Shown: in pieces, positions 13,368-27,350 of the stretch
How the letters are laid out: each line of letters begins with the position of its first letter
Position numbering within the stretch: position 1 is the first letter of the stretch
Origin: Felis catus
Lineage: Eukaryota
Assembly: GCF_018350175.1 (NCBI RefSeq)
Contig: NC_058369.1
Coordinates: forward strand, 17,486,001 to 17,550,000
Direction: 5' to 3'
DNA: 64,000 nucleotides
Notes under the pieces: generated by a model
Seen by the model: only the letters and a program-made list of their open reading frames with translations
Told to the model about the DNA's origin: nothing
The model's database searches: none
Position numbers and translations under genes: made by a program

Positions 13368-13560
13368 GGCACCTGGGTGGCTCAGTCGGTGAAGCATCTG
13401 AGTCTTGATTTCAGCTCAGGTCATAATCTCATGATTCGTGCAGTCGAGCCCTGTGCCGGGCTCTGTGCTGACAGTGTGGAGCCTGCTTGTGATTCTCTCT
13501 CCCTCCCTCTCTCTCTGCCCCTCCCCCCCCACAAAAATAAATAAACAAACATTAAAAAAA
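13368..13560 (+). mobile_element. Carnivore SINE
   Basis: TSD aaatcttaggccaa on both sides. Confidence 0.9.
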
Positions 13561-16344
13561 AAATCTTAGGCCAAATCATTTGGTAGAGAGGGTCCTAAAT
13601 TCAGAGCCCAAAGATCTGGGTTTGTGCTCCTGTGTAGGCTTGTGACTTCAGGCCCTTTACCTACAGTGGGGGTGATGCTTTGCATTCTGCCAGTCTCTAG
13701 GGATAATAGGAAGACATGGGGGGGGGTACCTGCTGTGAAAATCATTGGTGCTAAGGACCCCTCCCTGGTCAGAGGGATTCAGAGAACTGGAAAGACTTTG
13801 CTCCTGGCACCAGGGAAGGTGGAAACAAGGACCCTTTCAGGGAAACAGCTTCTCAGGAACTGCTATCTTTGACTGGCTCCCCAGATCTGCCAAGTCAAAC
13901 AGTGGCCTCACACCAGGAGTTAAAGAGGTGCATCAAAGCGATGGTCTAAAGTTACATTTTTATGTACTAATGAAAGGTTGGGGGACTTAGGCCAAACTGT
14001 TGGGAAATGCCTGGGCATTTGCTGTAGTGTGGAAAAGATTATAGCAAGTGGACGTTCTTAGAGTATGAATCCCAGCTCTGCCACCTACTCGCTGTGTGAC
14101 CTTAGGCAAGTTACTTAACATCTCTGGGCCTCAGTTTCCTCATCGATCAATTGGTAATAATCATCTCCCAAGGTTACCGTGAAAAGTGAAAGAGTGTATG
14201 TGAAGTTCATGGCTCCTTAACTGATAATACATGTGCCAAAAGTGACACTTTTCTTGTTCACGTTTTACTTTTATTTTTATTTTTAAAGTTTATTTATTTT
14301 GAGAGAGAGAGAGAGCAGGGGAGAGTGGCGGAGGGGGGAGGGGAGAGATTCCAAGCAGGCTCTATGTTGTCAGCACAGAGCCTGATGTGGGGCTCAATCA
14401 CACAAACCATGAGATCATGGCCTGAGCTGAAATCCAAAGTTGGACACTCAACCGACTGAGCCACCCAGGTGCCCTATGTTTTATTTTTAAGCATTTCCTG
14501 CGTGCCTGCTATCCGTCTGATCATCTATTTGTTTGTTCACTTGTCCATTCAGTAAAAACTTTCAGGTGCCAACAGTGTGCCAGAACCTATGAAATGCACT
14601 ATAAAAAAAAGAAAAAGTGACAATTTATGCAGTGCTGGACCACTTTCAAAGCTCTTTTGCACACATTGCCTTGTTTAACCTTCCCACATCCTTCAAGGTG
14701 AGGATAAGAAAACAGAGGTTCTGAGGATGTGGCAGTTTGCCCAAGATACCAACTAAAGTGTGCCACAACAGACTTAAACTCAAGTCTTCAGATAGTAAAT
14801 CCAGTTTATCTTACAGGACACCTCACTGTCAGAAGGACAGGGCAATTAATAAGTGAGTAAGACGGGACCTCTCCCTGCAAGTCTCCAAAACTGATGCTCT
14901 CATAGCCCTGGACGCCTCCCCTCATTGTAGTCTTTTCCTGGATGCCCTATTAGAATTGTCTGTTCTGACTCATCTCCATTCTAGGAGCCTTCCCAGAACA
15001 AGGTATTGCATCTGGACGATGCCTGTGTCCATCTGGATTCTTAGTTGCCAATAATGGAGCAGAGCCCAGGTCATTGCGGTGCTCCAGCTATAAAGAGGCT
15101 GAGGAAGTGAAGGTCTAGCTTCTATCTGAAGGAGTGGGATTCAGAGCAGGAGAGTATTCAATGATTCTGGAAGCCAAAGAGGATGCCAGATGTTCCGCGT
15201 CCTGCCCTGAATCTGGGTGGGTGGAGAGACCTGTATATATGTTTAGCCCTAATTAAAGAGCTAAGAATCCTTCTAGCCAAGACTCAGAGCCCCTATGGGG
15301 GCTCAAAGCCAGGATCCAAGACTTCGGATGGCCAAAGGCATTCAGGTGGATTTCTGGCCAAGGAGGCCTCACTCTGCACCAGGCATAGAGACACAAGCCT
15401 CCAGCCTTGCCTTGTCCAAGTGCATGGGCAGGATTCACTGGGACTTGGTCACCCCCAGTGCAGTGGGAGCCTCGATACTTAGAGGCAGGATATGGCCCTT
15501 CCAGGGGCACCAGTTTTGGGAGGAGTCATCAAGTCTGACCTTGAGCATTCCAACAAACAGGGCCCTGCCTGAGCTGTGGGTTCAAGAAGGTCATCCTGAT
15601 CCCCACGCTCTGATACCCTAAAAAGTACACAAGTCTTCTATCCACCTCAGTTTCTCTCAGGTGAGCTATTAAGACTAGGGGGAACCAGAGAAATAGGAAA
15701 AGAATCAGAGAAATGGCAGTTAGGATAAGCAAAATCATCGCATGGACAAGCCATCGCGAGAGAGCAGAGGGAGAGGTGATTGATGCTGCCCAGGGGAGTC
15801 TGAGAAAGCTGTGGAGGAGGAAAACTGAACCAAGTGAAAAGGATCGGCAGGAGTGTGCTGTGCAAAGCAGGGGAGGGAAGGCATTTCACACAAGGGAACA
15901 GCATATTCAGGGACAAAAAGCTTTGAGCAAATTGCTGAGAGGAACGCCCGACAAGTTGGCTGCATGGGAGGCAGGAAACAGGCTGGAAAGGCCAGCAGGG
16001 CAAAACCAGACCTGGCTGTGACCTTCAGACAGAGACCAAACTGCTTGGGAGGTTGAGCAGTTTGCATTTGAAAAGGAAATTAACATTTGTGCTGAGAAAT
16101 AAAGCTGTGTTTGGAGTGCCAACTCTGTGCCCAGGGGCTTCATAAGCATTTTCTCTCCATCACACTGCGTGCACATTTTACAGATGGAGACACGACACAG
16201 CCGTGGTTCTTCTACACTAGTAGCCCTGCGTGAGCAGAGAGCAGGACTGAAGGGACCTTGGCAGAGACATAGCACCCCCTTGAGGGTGAAGACCCTCTCA
16301 CATGGAAGGAAGCAAGTTGGAGTTTATTAAAGAATTCTCTCAGG

Positions 16345-16502
16345 GTGTCTGGGTGTGGGTGGCTGAGTCAGTTAAGCATCTGACTTTGGCTCAGGCTGTG
16401 ATCTTGAGTTTCGCCGGTTTGAACCCTGCATCAGACTCTCTGCTGTCAGTGCAGAGCCTGCTTCAGATCCTCTGTCTCCTCTCTCTCTGCCCCTCCCCCA
16501 TG

Positions 16503-16576
<74 letters not shown>

Positions 16577-16848
16577 AATAAATAAACGTGGGGCACCTGG
16601 ATGGCTCAGTTGGTTAGGCGACCAACTTCGGCTCAGGTCATGATCTCACAGTTTGTGAGTTCGAACCCCACGTCGGGCTCTGTGCTGACAGCTCAGAGCC
16701 TGGAGCCTACTTCAGATTCTGCACCTTCTCCTCTCTCTACCCCTCCCCTGCTCATCCTCTGTGTCTCTCTGTCTCTCAATAATAAATAAACATTAAAAAA
16801 AAGTTTTTAAAAAAATAAAATAAATAAACGTTAAAAAGAAAAAAAAAT
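16345..16848 (+). mobile_element. Two tandem/nested carnivore SINEs with a long (CT)n
   Basis: Two heads (~16345 and ~16590); second copy inserted in the tail of the first. Confidence 0.88.
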
Positions 16849-19800
16849 TTCTCTCTTTTGATCTTAAGATCTAAAACCTGGGTCCCCTCTTTGGGCCACC
16901 ATAGCACCACCCAAAATCATAACACTCAACACCCGAAACAAGCCACCTGTTAAGGAACCCCCAGACGGAGGCTTCTCCGTGGTGGGGCCCATGTGTCTGA
17001 TGCTTGGCAGATGCTTAGTAATAGCTGTTGGATGAAGTTTTCTGTAAGTAATTCTTTTGGTAGTCTCCTAGCTTTGGCCAACACCCTCCGGAAGTAACTC
17101 CCAGTCTCTCTGGTTCACCAAAGTCACACAAAAAGGAAGGGGCTCCATGCACTTCTGTAATGGCGCCCAGGGTGAGAGTGTTCCTTCCCAGTCAGGTGAG
17201 TCAGGGAGGGAAGGTTTCCTGGAGTGAGAGAGGCCTAAGTGACCTGGGGCGAGTGGGGCATGGGCTCAGGAGTGAGGACAGAGTCTGGTGGAGGCCACCT
17301 GGGGAAAGAATGTCAGCTTCTCACCTCTCGGTGCCATGTTTCCCCATCTGTGAAAGGCAGATTCTCATACCTGCCTCAGCAGGCTTTTCTTAGGTGGTGG
17401 GTGTCGGGAGAGGGCGGAGGAAGGAAAGACACCAGCCCTGCCTGAGCCGGGCTGGACCAGGTCCTCCACTGGGCGGCCACTCCATACCTCCTTGCTATGT
17501 GTCAGCTTCAGCTGGTGATTCGTGGTGAGTCACAGCCCCTCCATGACTGCTTACCCATCGACTAAGTGGGCTCAATGATGACATTTACCTCATAGGGTTT
17601 CGTGAGGACTCAGGGTGCAGTGATTTTTGTGGCTATCTTGATCTCATCTGTTGTTTTTTAGTTATGTGGAGGATAAGAGATGAGCCGACACTGAACCTGC
17701 TGTGCCCTATGTGTTGGGCCCATAAGACTCATAGCTGGCATTTTTGAGCACTTGCTAGAACTCTTCTAAGTTCCTTATATGTATCAAGTCATTTCATTCC
17801 CAAACCACCCTGCTGTTATCTGCATCTTGCAAATAACCAATCAGAGGCTTCCATCCCCCGTTGCCTTATTTGTTCAGTTGCCCACCAAGGACTGTGCTCA
17901 CCGGGTGCTCAGTAGCCTGGCTTTGGGTCAGCCCACACTTGTCAACACACCCAGGCCTCTTGGGCCAGCCAGGTGTCTGGGCAGGCCTTGGAGCTCCCAG
18001 GCCTGTCGCCGCGCCCTGTTTCAGCCCCACCTGGCCACCTTCCCTGCCCTGCTGGATAGCCCGGCAGCTGCCAAGGCCCATCATTCTTCCCCTGTTGTTT
18101 GGGTGCTGACGAATGCCAGGCAGGTGAGGAGCCGCAGCTCTCCGCCGGCCTGGCTGCCCTCGCCCTCAAGGTAGGCGTGGGGCAGGGAGCAGGGGAGAGA
18201 CAGGGTGTCTCCCGGGCTCAGGATTGCTGAGACTGGACGGCAGCTGAATGAATCACGGTGTTAACTCATCTAGAACTGGAACTCTGAAGAAAACAAGAGC
18301 CTGTGTGTGTCCAGCTGGATCCAGGGAGAGACATGGTATCCTTGAAGCTGAGCCCAGAGGGGTGTCCTCCACCCAGGTGCAGGGGACAATTTATCTCGTT
18401 CTTCAAACTTGATTCAAGTGCCCCAACTTCTCCCCTTGTTCTGAACCATTCGGGGCCCATCGTGAGCCCAGGGAAGAGGGGGAAAGCAAGCTTCCCAGCA
18501 TAAATTAGGGAATTAAGACTCATGGGAATTCAGCAACATTGCTGTTGCCCAGAGATGGCTTCTGAGCCTGCTTCGGATTCTGTGTCTCCCTCTCTCTCTG
18601 CCCCTCCCCTGCTCATACTTTGTTTCTCTCTCTCTCAAAACTAAACAAATATCAAAAAAAAATATTTTTAAAAAAGAAGCCAAAGCCCCAACACAGAACT
18701 GAAGGCCCAAGAGGGGTGGCTCGTCCCGTCCTCAGCGAGCCGGCCAACACCAGCCCTGCCCTTCCCAGCACCCTGTGTTGCTTTGTGTAGGAGGAAGGAA
18801 GTGTCCCATGTGAAAGGACCTCTAACAGAAAAAGAAGACAAAAATAGGTGAAGAATGCTACAAAGGACCCTGAAAACAATCTCCCACTCATCCCAGGAGC
18901 CTTGTGCTCCCTGGAGGGGGGTGGGGGCAGCACCTTGCAGGAAGGGGACAACGAGTCAGGCCTTAGGGTACTTTTTTCCAGGTCCTCTTCTGTGGGCCTC
19001 TTTCCTCACGGTCCCCTGCACACTCGGGGTGCAGGCTCCCCAGCTGCTTTCTCACCCTGGTGTTCGTGGAAGTCTGTCACCTAACCTGTATGTCCCATTC
19101 ACCTTCCTGTGGCCAGAGACCAAGCCTTGACAGTGAGGTGTGTGGGACCAGCGGCAGAGGTGAGAGGGTCTCGGAGGCTGAGCCCTCACTTCCCCGTTTG
19201 GGTGGCAGCAGGAGTTACCTGGATGAAGCCTGCAAAATCCAATACGAAGCTTTGTCCCAATCACTCACTCCAAAGCTCACCCCCCACCTCCGGGGGTGGT
19301 GGCTCTGGAAACCTTTGCTTCCAACTCTGTACCGGTCAGTGTACCCTCTGCAAGTGGGTTCGGCAGTGTGCATCTTAGGATGCGGCTTGAATGAAGAGAA
19401 AGTCAGGAAAGTCCTTGGACTTGGAATCTGCTGTTTGTTAGCCAAGTAACCAAAAGAAACTCACCCACTTCTCTGAGCTAGAATGTTCCCAGCCAGAAAA
19501 TGGGAGTAAATCCCACTCTGTGAGACTCAAGTGAGAATGGACCCATAGAAGAAAAACCAGCATCCCTCAAGTCAGCCCCCAGGAACCTAAGTCCCATGAG
19601 ACTCTCCATGGGCAAATAGGTTTGGAAAATGCTTGAAAGGATTTCGAATGGCAGTATCAGGATGCTGTGGGGCACCCTCAGAGTTACTTTGTCTGTTATT
19701 CGTTCATTGTCCCGGGTCTCCAGGAGCACACGGCCTAGAGGGGACATGTGAGCAAGTGTTGCCCACTACCCTGTTCCCACCAGAGTGAAGTGAGGGTCTG

Positions 19801-20650
19801 TTTGAGCTTGCATCTGTATTAGGTTTACCACTGTGCCTGTTCCCTGTCCCCTCTTGCATTACTGACCTTCTTTCTGGATTCTTCCCCGTGCTTTGGAAGC
19901 ATATCATTTATTTTTTAATTTTTTTAATGTTTTTTCATTTTTGAGAGAGAGCACAAGCAGGGGAGGGGCAGAGAGGGAGACACAGAATCTGAAGCAGGCT
20001 CCAGGCTCTGAGCAGTCAGCACAGAGCCCGATGCGGGGTTGGAACCCACAAGCCGTGATATCATGACCTGAGCCAAAGTTGGACGCTTAACAGACTGGGC
20101 CACCCAGGCACCCCAAAGTGTCGTCTTTAGAAGTTCGTCTAGTTCAGTTCTCTTGGTGCAGAACTCGTTCTTCTCATTTATCTGTGATTCTCTTTATTTT
20201 ACTCTCATTCTTATAAGGTGGCTTTGCCAGCTGCATCCTTCTAGTTCAGGCAGACTTTCGGCACTTTGTGCGTAGTGTTCTGAAGGCTTCAGTCTCCGAC
20301 TTGCTGCTGGTGAGCGGCCACCACGCTGTCCCTGTGTAAGTGCTCTGGCCTTCTCTTCAGCAAGTGCTTAAGATCCCGTGCCCTTGCTACTCTGCCCACG
20401 TTATGGGCCCAGGTGCAGATTTCTCATTTACTCTGCTTAGGAGTTATGAGTTTCTCAATTTTGTGGATTCAAGTTTTTCAGCAGGCATTCTTTCTTTAAA
20501 ATTTGTCTTCCCTCCATTCTCTTACTGTTTCCTCCTGGGACTCGAATTTGATGCAGTTAGACCTTCTCATTATGCTCTGTTTCTCTCTTTCCACTTCTTT
20601 TGGCTCTCTTGACATGTATTAAAGTCTATGCTTTACTGCTGTGTTCTAAA

Positions 20651-20873
20651 AAAAAAAAAATTTTTTTTTTAACCTTTATTTATTTTTGAGACAGAGAGAG
20701 ACAGAGCATGAATGGGGGAGGGGCAGAGAGAGAGGGAGACACAGAATCGGAAACAGGCTCCAGGCTCCGAGCCATCAGCCCAGAGCCTGACGCGGGGCTT
20801 GAACCCACGGACCGCGAGATCGTGACCTGAGCTGAAGTCGGACGCTTAACTGACTGAGCCACCCAGGCGCCCC
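20651..20873 (-). mobile_element. Young SINEC_Fc-type SINE
   Basis: CpG-intact; perfect TSD actgctgtgttctaaa at 20635-20650 and 20874-20889. Confidence 0.93.
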
Positions 20874-21351
20874 ACTGCTGTGTTCTAAATAATTTCTTAA
20901 CATATTTCTCCAGTGGATTCTCTTCAGTTGGGTCTAATCTGTAGCTTAACCCATCAATTGAGTTTTAGATTTCAATAATTATTCATTTTTACAAGAATAA
21001 TGAGTTCTGTGTACAAAGAAGGGCGTTCCCTAGAAGTGTCAGCAAAGGTGAGGACATGTGTGCAGGAATGGCACAGGAGGCCTGGGTTGGAGGGTTGGGG
21101 GTATTGCCCAAGCTCATCTTGTATAGAAAAGACCTGTAAAATCCAGAGAAGGTAAGTGTTTTGCTCAGAGTCACACAGCAAGTTGGGAATAAAACCAAAA
21201 TTGGACTGTAGGCCTTCTTATTTCTTGATTAGGGCCTAGCAATTGCTTGGCACCGTCCAAGGGGGAGTTTAGGCATTGAAAAGATCGAGATGATTCCCAC
21301 CCTCTGTCATCCAAAATAAACCATGAATGAAATATAAAGAAACCAAACAAA

Positions 21352-21885
21352 GGACGCCTGGCTGGCTCAGTCAGTGGAATGAGGGATTCTTGATTTCAGG
21401 GTAGTGAGCTCAAACCCCATGTTGGGTATAGAAATTACTTAAAAATAATAAAGTCTTGGGGTGCCTGGGTGGCTCAGTTGGTTAAGCGTCCGGCTCTTGA
21501 TTTTGGCTCAGGTCATGATTTCATGGTCTGTGAGTTCGAGACCCACTTCAGGCTCTGTGCTGGCTGGCAGTGTGGAGCCTGCTTGGAATTCTTTCTCTCC
21601 CTGTCTCTCTGCTCCTCCCCTGCTCATGCGCGCGCTCTCTCTCTCTCTCTCAAAATAAATAAATAAACATTAAAAAGTTTTTTTAATCTTAAAAAAGAAA
21701 GAAAGAAACCCAACAAAGATCTGACGTTTCTTCCATAATGACCACTTTGCTGTATTTATTAAAAATATACACTGATGGGGCACCTGGCTGGCTCAGTCCG
21801 TACAGCCCATGACTCTTAATCTCAGGGTTGTGATTTAAATCCTCACGTTGGGCCTGGAGACTACTTAAAGAAATAATTATTAAAA
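21352..21885 (+). mobile_element. Cluster of three SINEs
   Basis: Heads at ~21352, ~21458 and ~21777. Confidence 0.85.
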
Positions 21886-22153
21886 GAATAAAAATATACA
21901 CTGATAATCCAGCCCCACCCCTCCTTTTTGTTTCCACTTTCGGTGCTCTTGTGCTTGAACGAGGCATTGGCAACTGCAGCCTGAACAAGGAACAGCCACA
22001 GTTTTGCCTGCACTCAGGGCAGGCGAAATGCCCTTAAATGCAGCTGGAAGCCAGGGTGGGGTGGGGAGCTCCTGCGGAGACCCCAGCTCCTCCCAGTTAC
22101 TGGTTCTGGGGAAGAGAAGCTGGAAGCCGCCACGGGAGGCTAAGCTGGGGCAC

Positions 22154-22170
22154 TACCGCCATCTGGTGGC
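22154..22170 (-). promoter_or_regulatory. CTCF motif GCCACCAGATGGCGGTA
   Basis: Close match to the CTCF core consensus, in locally CpG-richer non-repeat DNA. Confidence 0.7.
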
Positions 22171-25100
22171 GTACCCGCCTGTGGCAGCGGTCGCAGCTGC
22201 AAGCCCAGCTGGGGGAAATGCGAGAACAAAGGACGCCTGTGGGTGGAGGCGTCATCTGCCTTTGCCAGAAAAAGAGCTGACCCGCTCTGGCCATCACTGC
22301 AAGGGGCTACCTCCTGGAAAGAGCGAGATCCCCTGACGTGGGAGTGTGCGAGCAGCGAGCCCTAGACTGAACTTTTACACGACTTCCAGGCATCACCATT
22401 TGGCAGTCCGAACGACCAACCAAGGTCTTAACATCTGAGAATCATCAAGGTCATCCCCACTCCCAATCCTCCCTCCAGGTCACAGTCACATCGAGGCTGA
22501 GAACTGTCGGAGATCACCCTGTTCGCCCCTGACGTTTCTTCCTCCCTCCTTGTCGCTCCTCCACCCCCACCCTAGTGTGGGCAGCCTTTGTTCACCAAGG
22601 TCATTGGCCACGTGCTGGCTCCAGCCTGCAGAACTTTCTCTTATCTCCCAGGCCCTCCTATGGCCCAGCCCATGGCTCCACTCCCCTTCCCCATCCGTGT
22701 TCCCATCCCTGTCCCTGTCCCTGCCCCGGGGGTGCTGACTTCCTGCCCTCCCACCTCTGGCTGCTTCCCTAGGCTCACCCCCACCTGCACCCACCCACCC
22801 CTCCTACACCTGTTCAAGTCAGTGTCCGGTGCCATTAGGGTGTTTGAGACATGTTGCTGTCACCGGCCTGGATATTTCTCCAGCGCATTTCCCTCATGTT
22901 CATTCCCTGACCACCCAAGCATCTGCCCACATCTGCCCTGTTCACGCAAGAGCTGCATACCGCAGTCCTCACCTCTTGAAATCTTTGTTTTCAAACAATT
23001 TTATACTTACAGAAGAGTTGCAAAAATGGTACAAAGAACTCCCTTATATCCTTTATCAAGAGTCATTAATTTGGGGGGCATCTGGCTGGCTCAGTTGTTA
23101 GAGCATGCAACTCTTGATCTCCTGGTGGTGAGTTCAAGCCCCACCTTGGGCATAGAGTTTACTCAAAAAGAAGAAAAAAGTCATTGATTTTTCACATTTA
23201 TGCCATTTGCTTTCTCTTCTCTGTATCTCTCTTACGTGCACACACACACACACGTTTGCATCTTTTTATTATTATTCCATATGGAAGTAAATTACATCAG
23301 TCCTTTACTTTTTTTTTTTTTTTTTTTTTTTTAAGTAGGCTCCACACCCAAATGTGGGTTTGAACTCATAACCCTGAGATCAAGAGTTGGCTCCACCAGT
23401 CAAGCCTGCCAGGGACTCCCCTACATCATACTTCTTAACTGCAGTGTTATTTGCTGAGAATAAGGATATCTTTATATAATTATCAAATTCAGGAAACAAC
23501 ACTGAGGCAATATTTTAACCTAATCAACAGTCCATATTGAAGTTTTGTCAATCGTCCCAAAAATGTCCTTTACAGCACTTTCTTTTTGTTTTGGTCCAGG
23601 ATCCCATACTTCATTTAGTTGTCAGGTCTCTTGAGTCTCCTTTAATCTGGAATAGTTCCTCAGCCCCTCTGTCCTATATGACACTGACATTTATGAAGAA
23701 TATAGGCCAGCAGCTTTATGAAGTTCCCCAAAGCAGATAGTTCCTTTCCTCCTGTATTTCTTGCTCTAAGTGCCAGTGGCCTACCCAGTTCCTCAGGTAG
23801 GAGACAAGACACCATCATGGTCTCTCCTTCTCCCTTACTATCATCCAGCCACCACCACGTCCTAGTGCCCAGCACCCTTGTCTTCCATGCCCACGGCTTC
23901 TGCCCCTGTCATTCCTCACCAACCAGCCAGCCTCAGCCACTACTGCCTCACACAGGCTGCCTTCTCAAAGTGTGGTCCAGGATCTGTGGCATCAGGAAGT
24001 TGATAGAAATGCAGTCTCTTGGTGCCTGGCTGGCTCAGTCGGAAGAGCATGCAACTCTTGATCTCCAGGTTGTGACTTCAAGCCCCATGCTGGGTGGAGA
24101 GATTACTTAAAAAATAATTTTTTAATATGTTTTTAAAACTTATTTATTTTTTGAGAGAGAGCAGGGGAGGGGCATCGACAGAGAGAGGGAGAGAGAGAAT
24201 CCCAAGCAGGCTCCACATTCTCAGCACAGAGTCTGACATGGGGCCTGAACCCACGAACCATGAGATCTTGACCTGAGCCAATATCAAGAGTTGGACACTC
24301 TACCGACAGAGCCACCTGGGTGCCCCAAAACATAAATTCTTAAAAAAGAAAATACAGAATCTCAAGCCCCATTTCAGGCCTATGGAACCAGAATCTGCAT
24401 TTTAATGAGTTCCCAGGTCTTTCTTTTGCTAAGTCTGAAAAGTCCTGCTCTCAGAGATCCTGAAACTTACAGACTCATCAGCTTCACATCCAAGATTTTT
24501 GGTGTCCTCCCCCCTCCACCATCCCCACCCTCCCAAGTTTGTCCCCTACCTCATCTACATTCATGTAATACGTGCTGTTTCACCCTTCTATTCCTTCTTC
24601 CTGGAATGCCTGGTCTCTGAGACTCCTACTCAAGATCAGGCTTAAACATGACCTCTTCTGAGGCGTGCTGCCTTCCATCCCTCTTAAGCTCTACTTGCTC
24701 TAGACCTTTTTCCTAGCCTCTGTTCCATGAAGTGTCACTCGCATGGGCTCTTGGTCTTGAAGTGACTATTTCCCCCACTAGTTGGTGAGTTCCTTGAGCA
24801 AAGTCTGCCTGTTATATACCTCCTCATCCCCAGTACCTAGCACAACTGAAATGTTTGTTGAATGAGCACGCAAAAGAAACAGCTCTTCTTCCATGGATGC
24901 CCTTCTTCCAAGTAGATCTGAAGTCGGTATTGAGGCATCCAAATACCCAAGTCACAGAATGTTGGGATGAGAGTAGCCACAGTGGAGTATCTACTTCAAG
25001 TGCCCTTTGTTAACTACGAGGAAAGGCACCAGGGAGGGAGAAGGGACTTACTGCAGTTTCCTTGGCTGGAGAGGTGTGGCCCGTGAGTCATCCCGGACTC

Positions 25101-26369
25101 CAGCTTTGCCCTTCCTGGAGCCAAGTGCCCCTATGTGGTTTGGTGTGAGAAGCACAGTAGTAAAAGCCAAAGTGAGATGCAGAAGAATGTGCACAAAATG
25201 GAGGTATTTATGTAGTTTTAAAACATGAAAAACAATTCTATATCTCTTTGCTAGGGAAACAGTCATAATGCCAGTGGCAACGGTTACTTACCTTGGGGGA
25301 AATGAGTGACACTGGACAGTTAACCATTAAGTTCAAACTCACAAGCCCCAAGAATGAGTCATATACTGTATCAACTGAGCCAGACAGGTGCTCCCGAACT
25401 CAATTTTTTATTGGAACTAAGGGATCATGGCTTGCACACAGTTACCCCCTAATTTTTTTTTTAGTTTATTTATTTTGAGACAGAGTCAGTGTGAGTGGGG
25501 GAGGTGTACAGAGAGGGAGACAGAGAATCCCAAGCAGGCTCTGCACCGTCAGCATGGAGCCTGACGCTGGGCTCCATCTCAGGAAATCATGAGATCATGG
25601 CCAGAGCCAAAACCAAGAGCCGGACACTCAACTGACTGAGCCACCCAGGCGCTCTTACCTCCGAACTTTATTAGTGAGTTGTCTTACCCAAGATTCTTAG
25701 GTAACTAGCTCTCAACTGAACTTTGAAGCAAGGCTCAGAGGACAGGGTGCATCCTAGAAATGGAACACTGGCTGTTACTGGAGCATAAGAGGAACATAGG
25801 ACAAAGGCTTGGGTTATATCTTAGCCCCTGGGCTTGAGTTCAAGTTTGATTTTATAGGCAACAAGGAGCCATTAAACTCTCCGGTAAGAATGGGTCTACC
25901 TAATTAGACATTTAGCAAGTTGACTGTGGCAATAGGCTAAGCCAAAAGACCAGCTGGCTTTTGCAATAATCCAAAGAAGTATTACCTGCTCAGAGTAAAT
26001 TTAAAGAGCAAAGTCAGGGAGGAGTGAGGAAGAGAAAATTGGCTCTGAGTAGATGTTGCTGAAGTTGTTGTAAATGGGCAGAAAAGGGGTTATTCATGTT
26101 TGAAGTTCTCTGTGATTAAAAAAAGCAATAGTAGAAATCATATACACCTACATGACAAGTAAATCAAATCCCAATTATAAGAATGGACACTTGGGACAAA
26201 CTTTTTCATACCTAAACTAGAAAGTTACTGTCCTCACAAATAATTTGGTTAAGATGTGTTTAAGGAAAAACTAGTATATGGTCCAGAAACAAATGTTAAA
26301 GAATTTAAATTATCCTGAAAAATTGAGAAAAAGCAGCATATCCAAATTAACATTTTATATGGGCATTTA

Positions 26370-27350
26370 ATGTTTTGAGGGGGGAGGGGCAGGAGAATAT
26401 CTTTGCACAGAGCCCATGGACTCAATCCCACGACCTCAAGATTACAACCTGAGCAGTTTCAAGAGTTGAATACATAACAGACTGAGCCACCCAGGCACCC
26501 CTATATGTGCTTTAAATTTTAAGTTTATTATTTTTTTAAATTAATCTCTACACCCAACATGTGGCTCACACTCGTGACCTTGAGATCAAGTCATGTGGTC
26601 TGTTGAAGCCAGCCAGGCACCCCTTCCATGTGCTTTTAAATATGTACAGATAATACTCATTACAAGTAGTGATCAGCTATTTCCACTGAAAACCTAAAGT
26701 TTACATAGTCTAATTAATCAAAACTTTTGTATCTTCTCACTAGGAATATGGACTGTTGTCTTTGGGAAGGGACTGTAATATGGGATACATTAGACTATAG
26801 CCATCCCCTTTTTTTTTTTTGTAAGTTTACTTATTTTGAGAGAGAATGTGAGAGAGAGCGCGGGGAAGGGGCAGAGAGAGAAGAAAACAATCCTAAACAC
26901 ACTGCACTGTCAGCCAGGGGCCGGATTTGGGGCTCAATCTCATGAACCATGAGATCATGACCTGAGCCAAAACAGAGTTGGATGCTTAACCTACTGAGCC
27001 ACCCAGGCGTCCCATTTTATTTTCAAATAATTGCTACACCCAAGCTGGGGCTTGAATTTTTAACCTCGAGATTAAGAGTTGCAATCTTAATCTGGAGCGA
27101 GATTAAGAGCGCTCCAAGGGCGCTTGGGTGGCTGTCAGTTGGGCATCTGACTTTGGCTGAAGCCATGATCTCACAACTCATGAGTTTGAGTCCTGCTTCG
27201 GGCTCTGCGGATAGCTCAGAGCCTGGATCCTGTGTCTCCATCCCTTTCTGCTTCTCCCCTACTTGTGCTCTGTCTCTCTCAAAAATAAACATTGGGGGGG
27301 GGGGGGGAGCAGGGAAGAGTTGCATGCTCCACTGAGCCAGCCAGGCGCCA
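26370..27350. mobile_element. SINE cluster, mixed orientation
   Basis: Several SINE bodies, including one + strand copy nested in a - strand copy. Confidence 0.85.

Noticed and set aside
22588..23187. 199-aa Pro-rich ORF
   Set aside because: Non-ATG start, C-rich low complexity, runs into L1 and SINE sequence; no recognisable domain.
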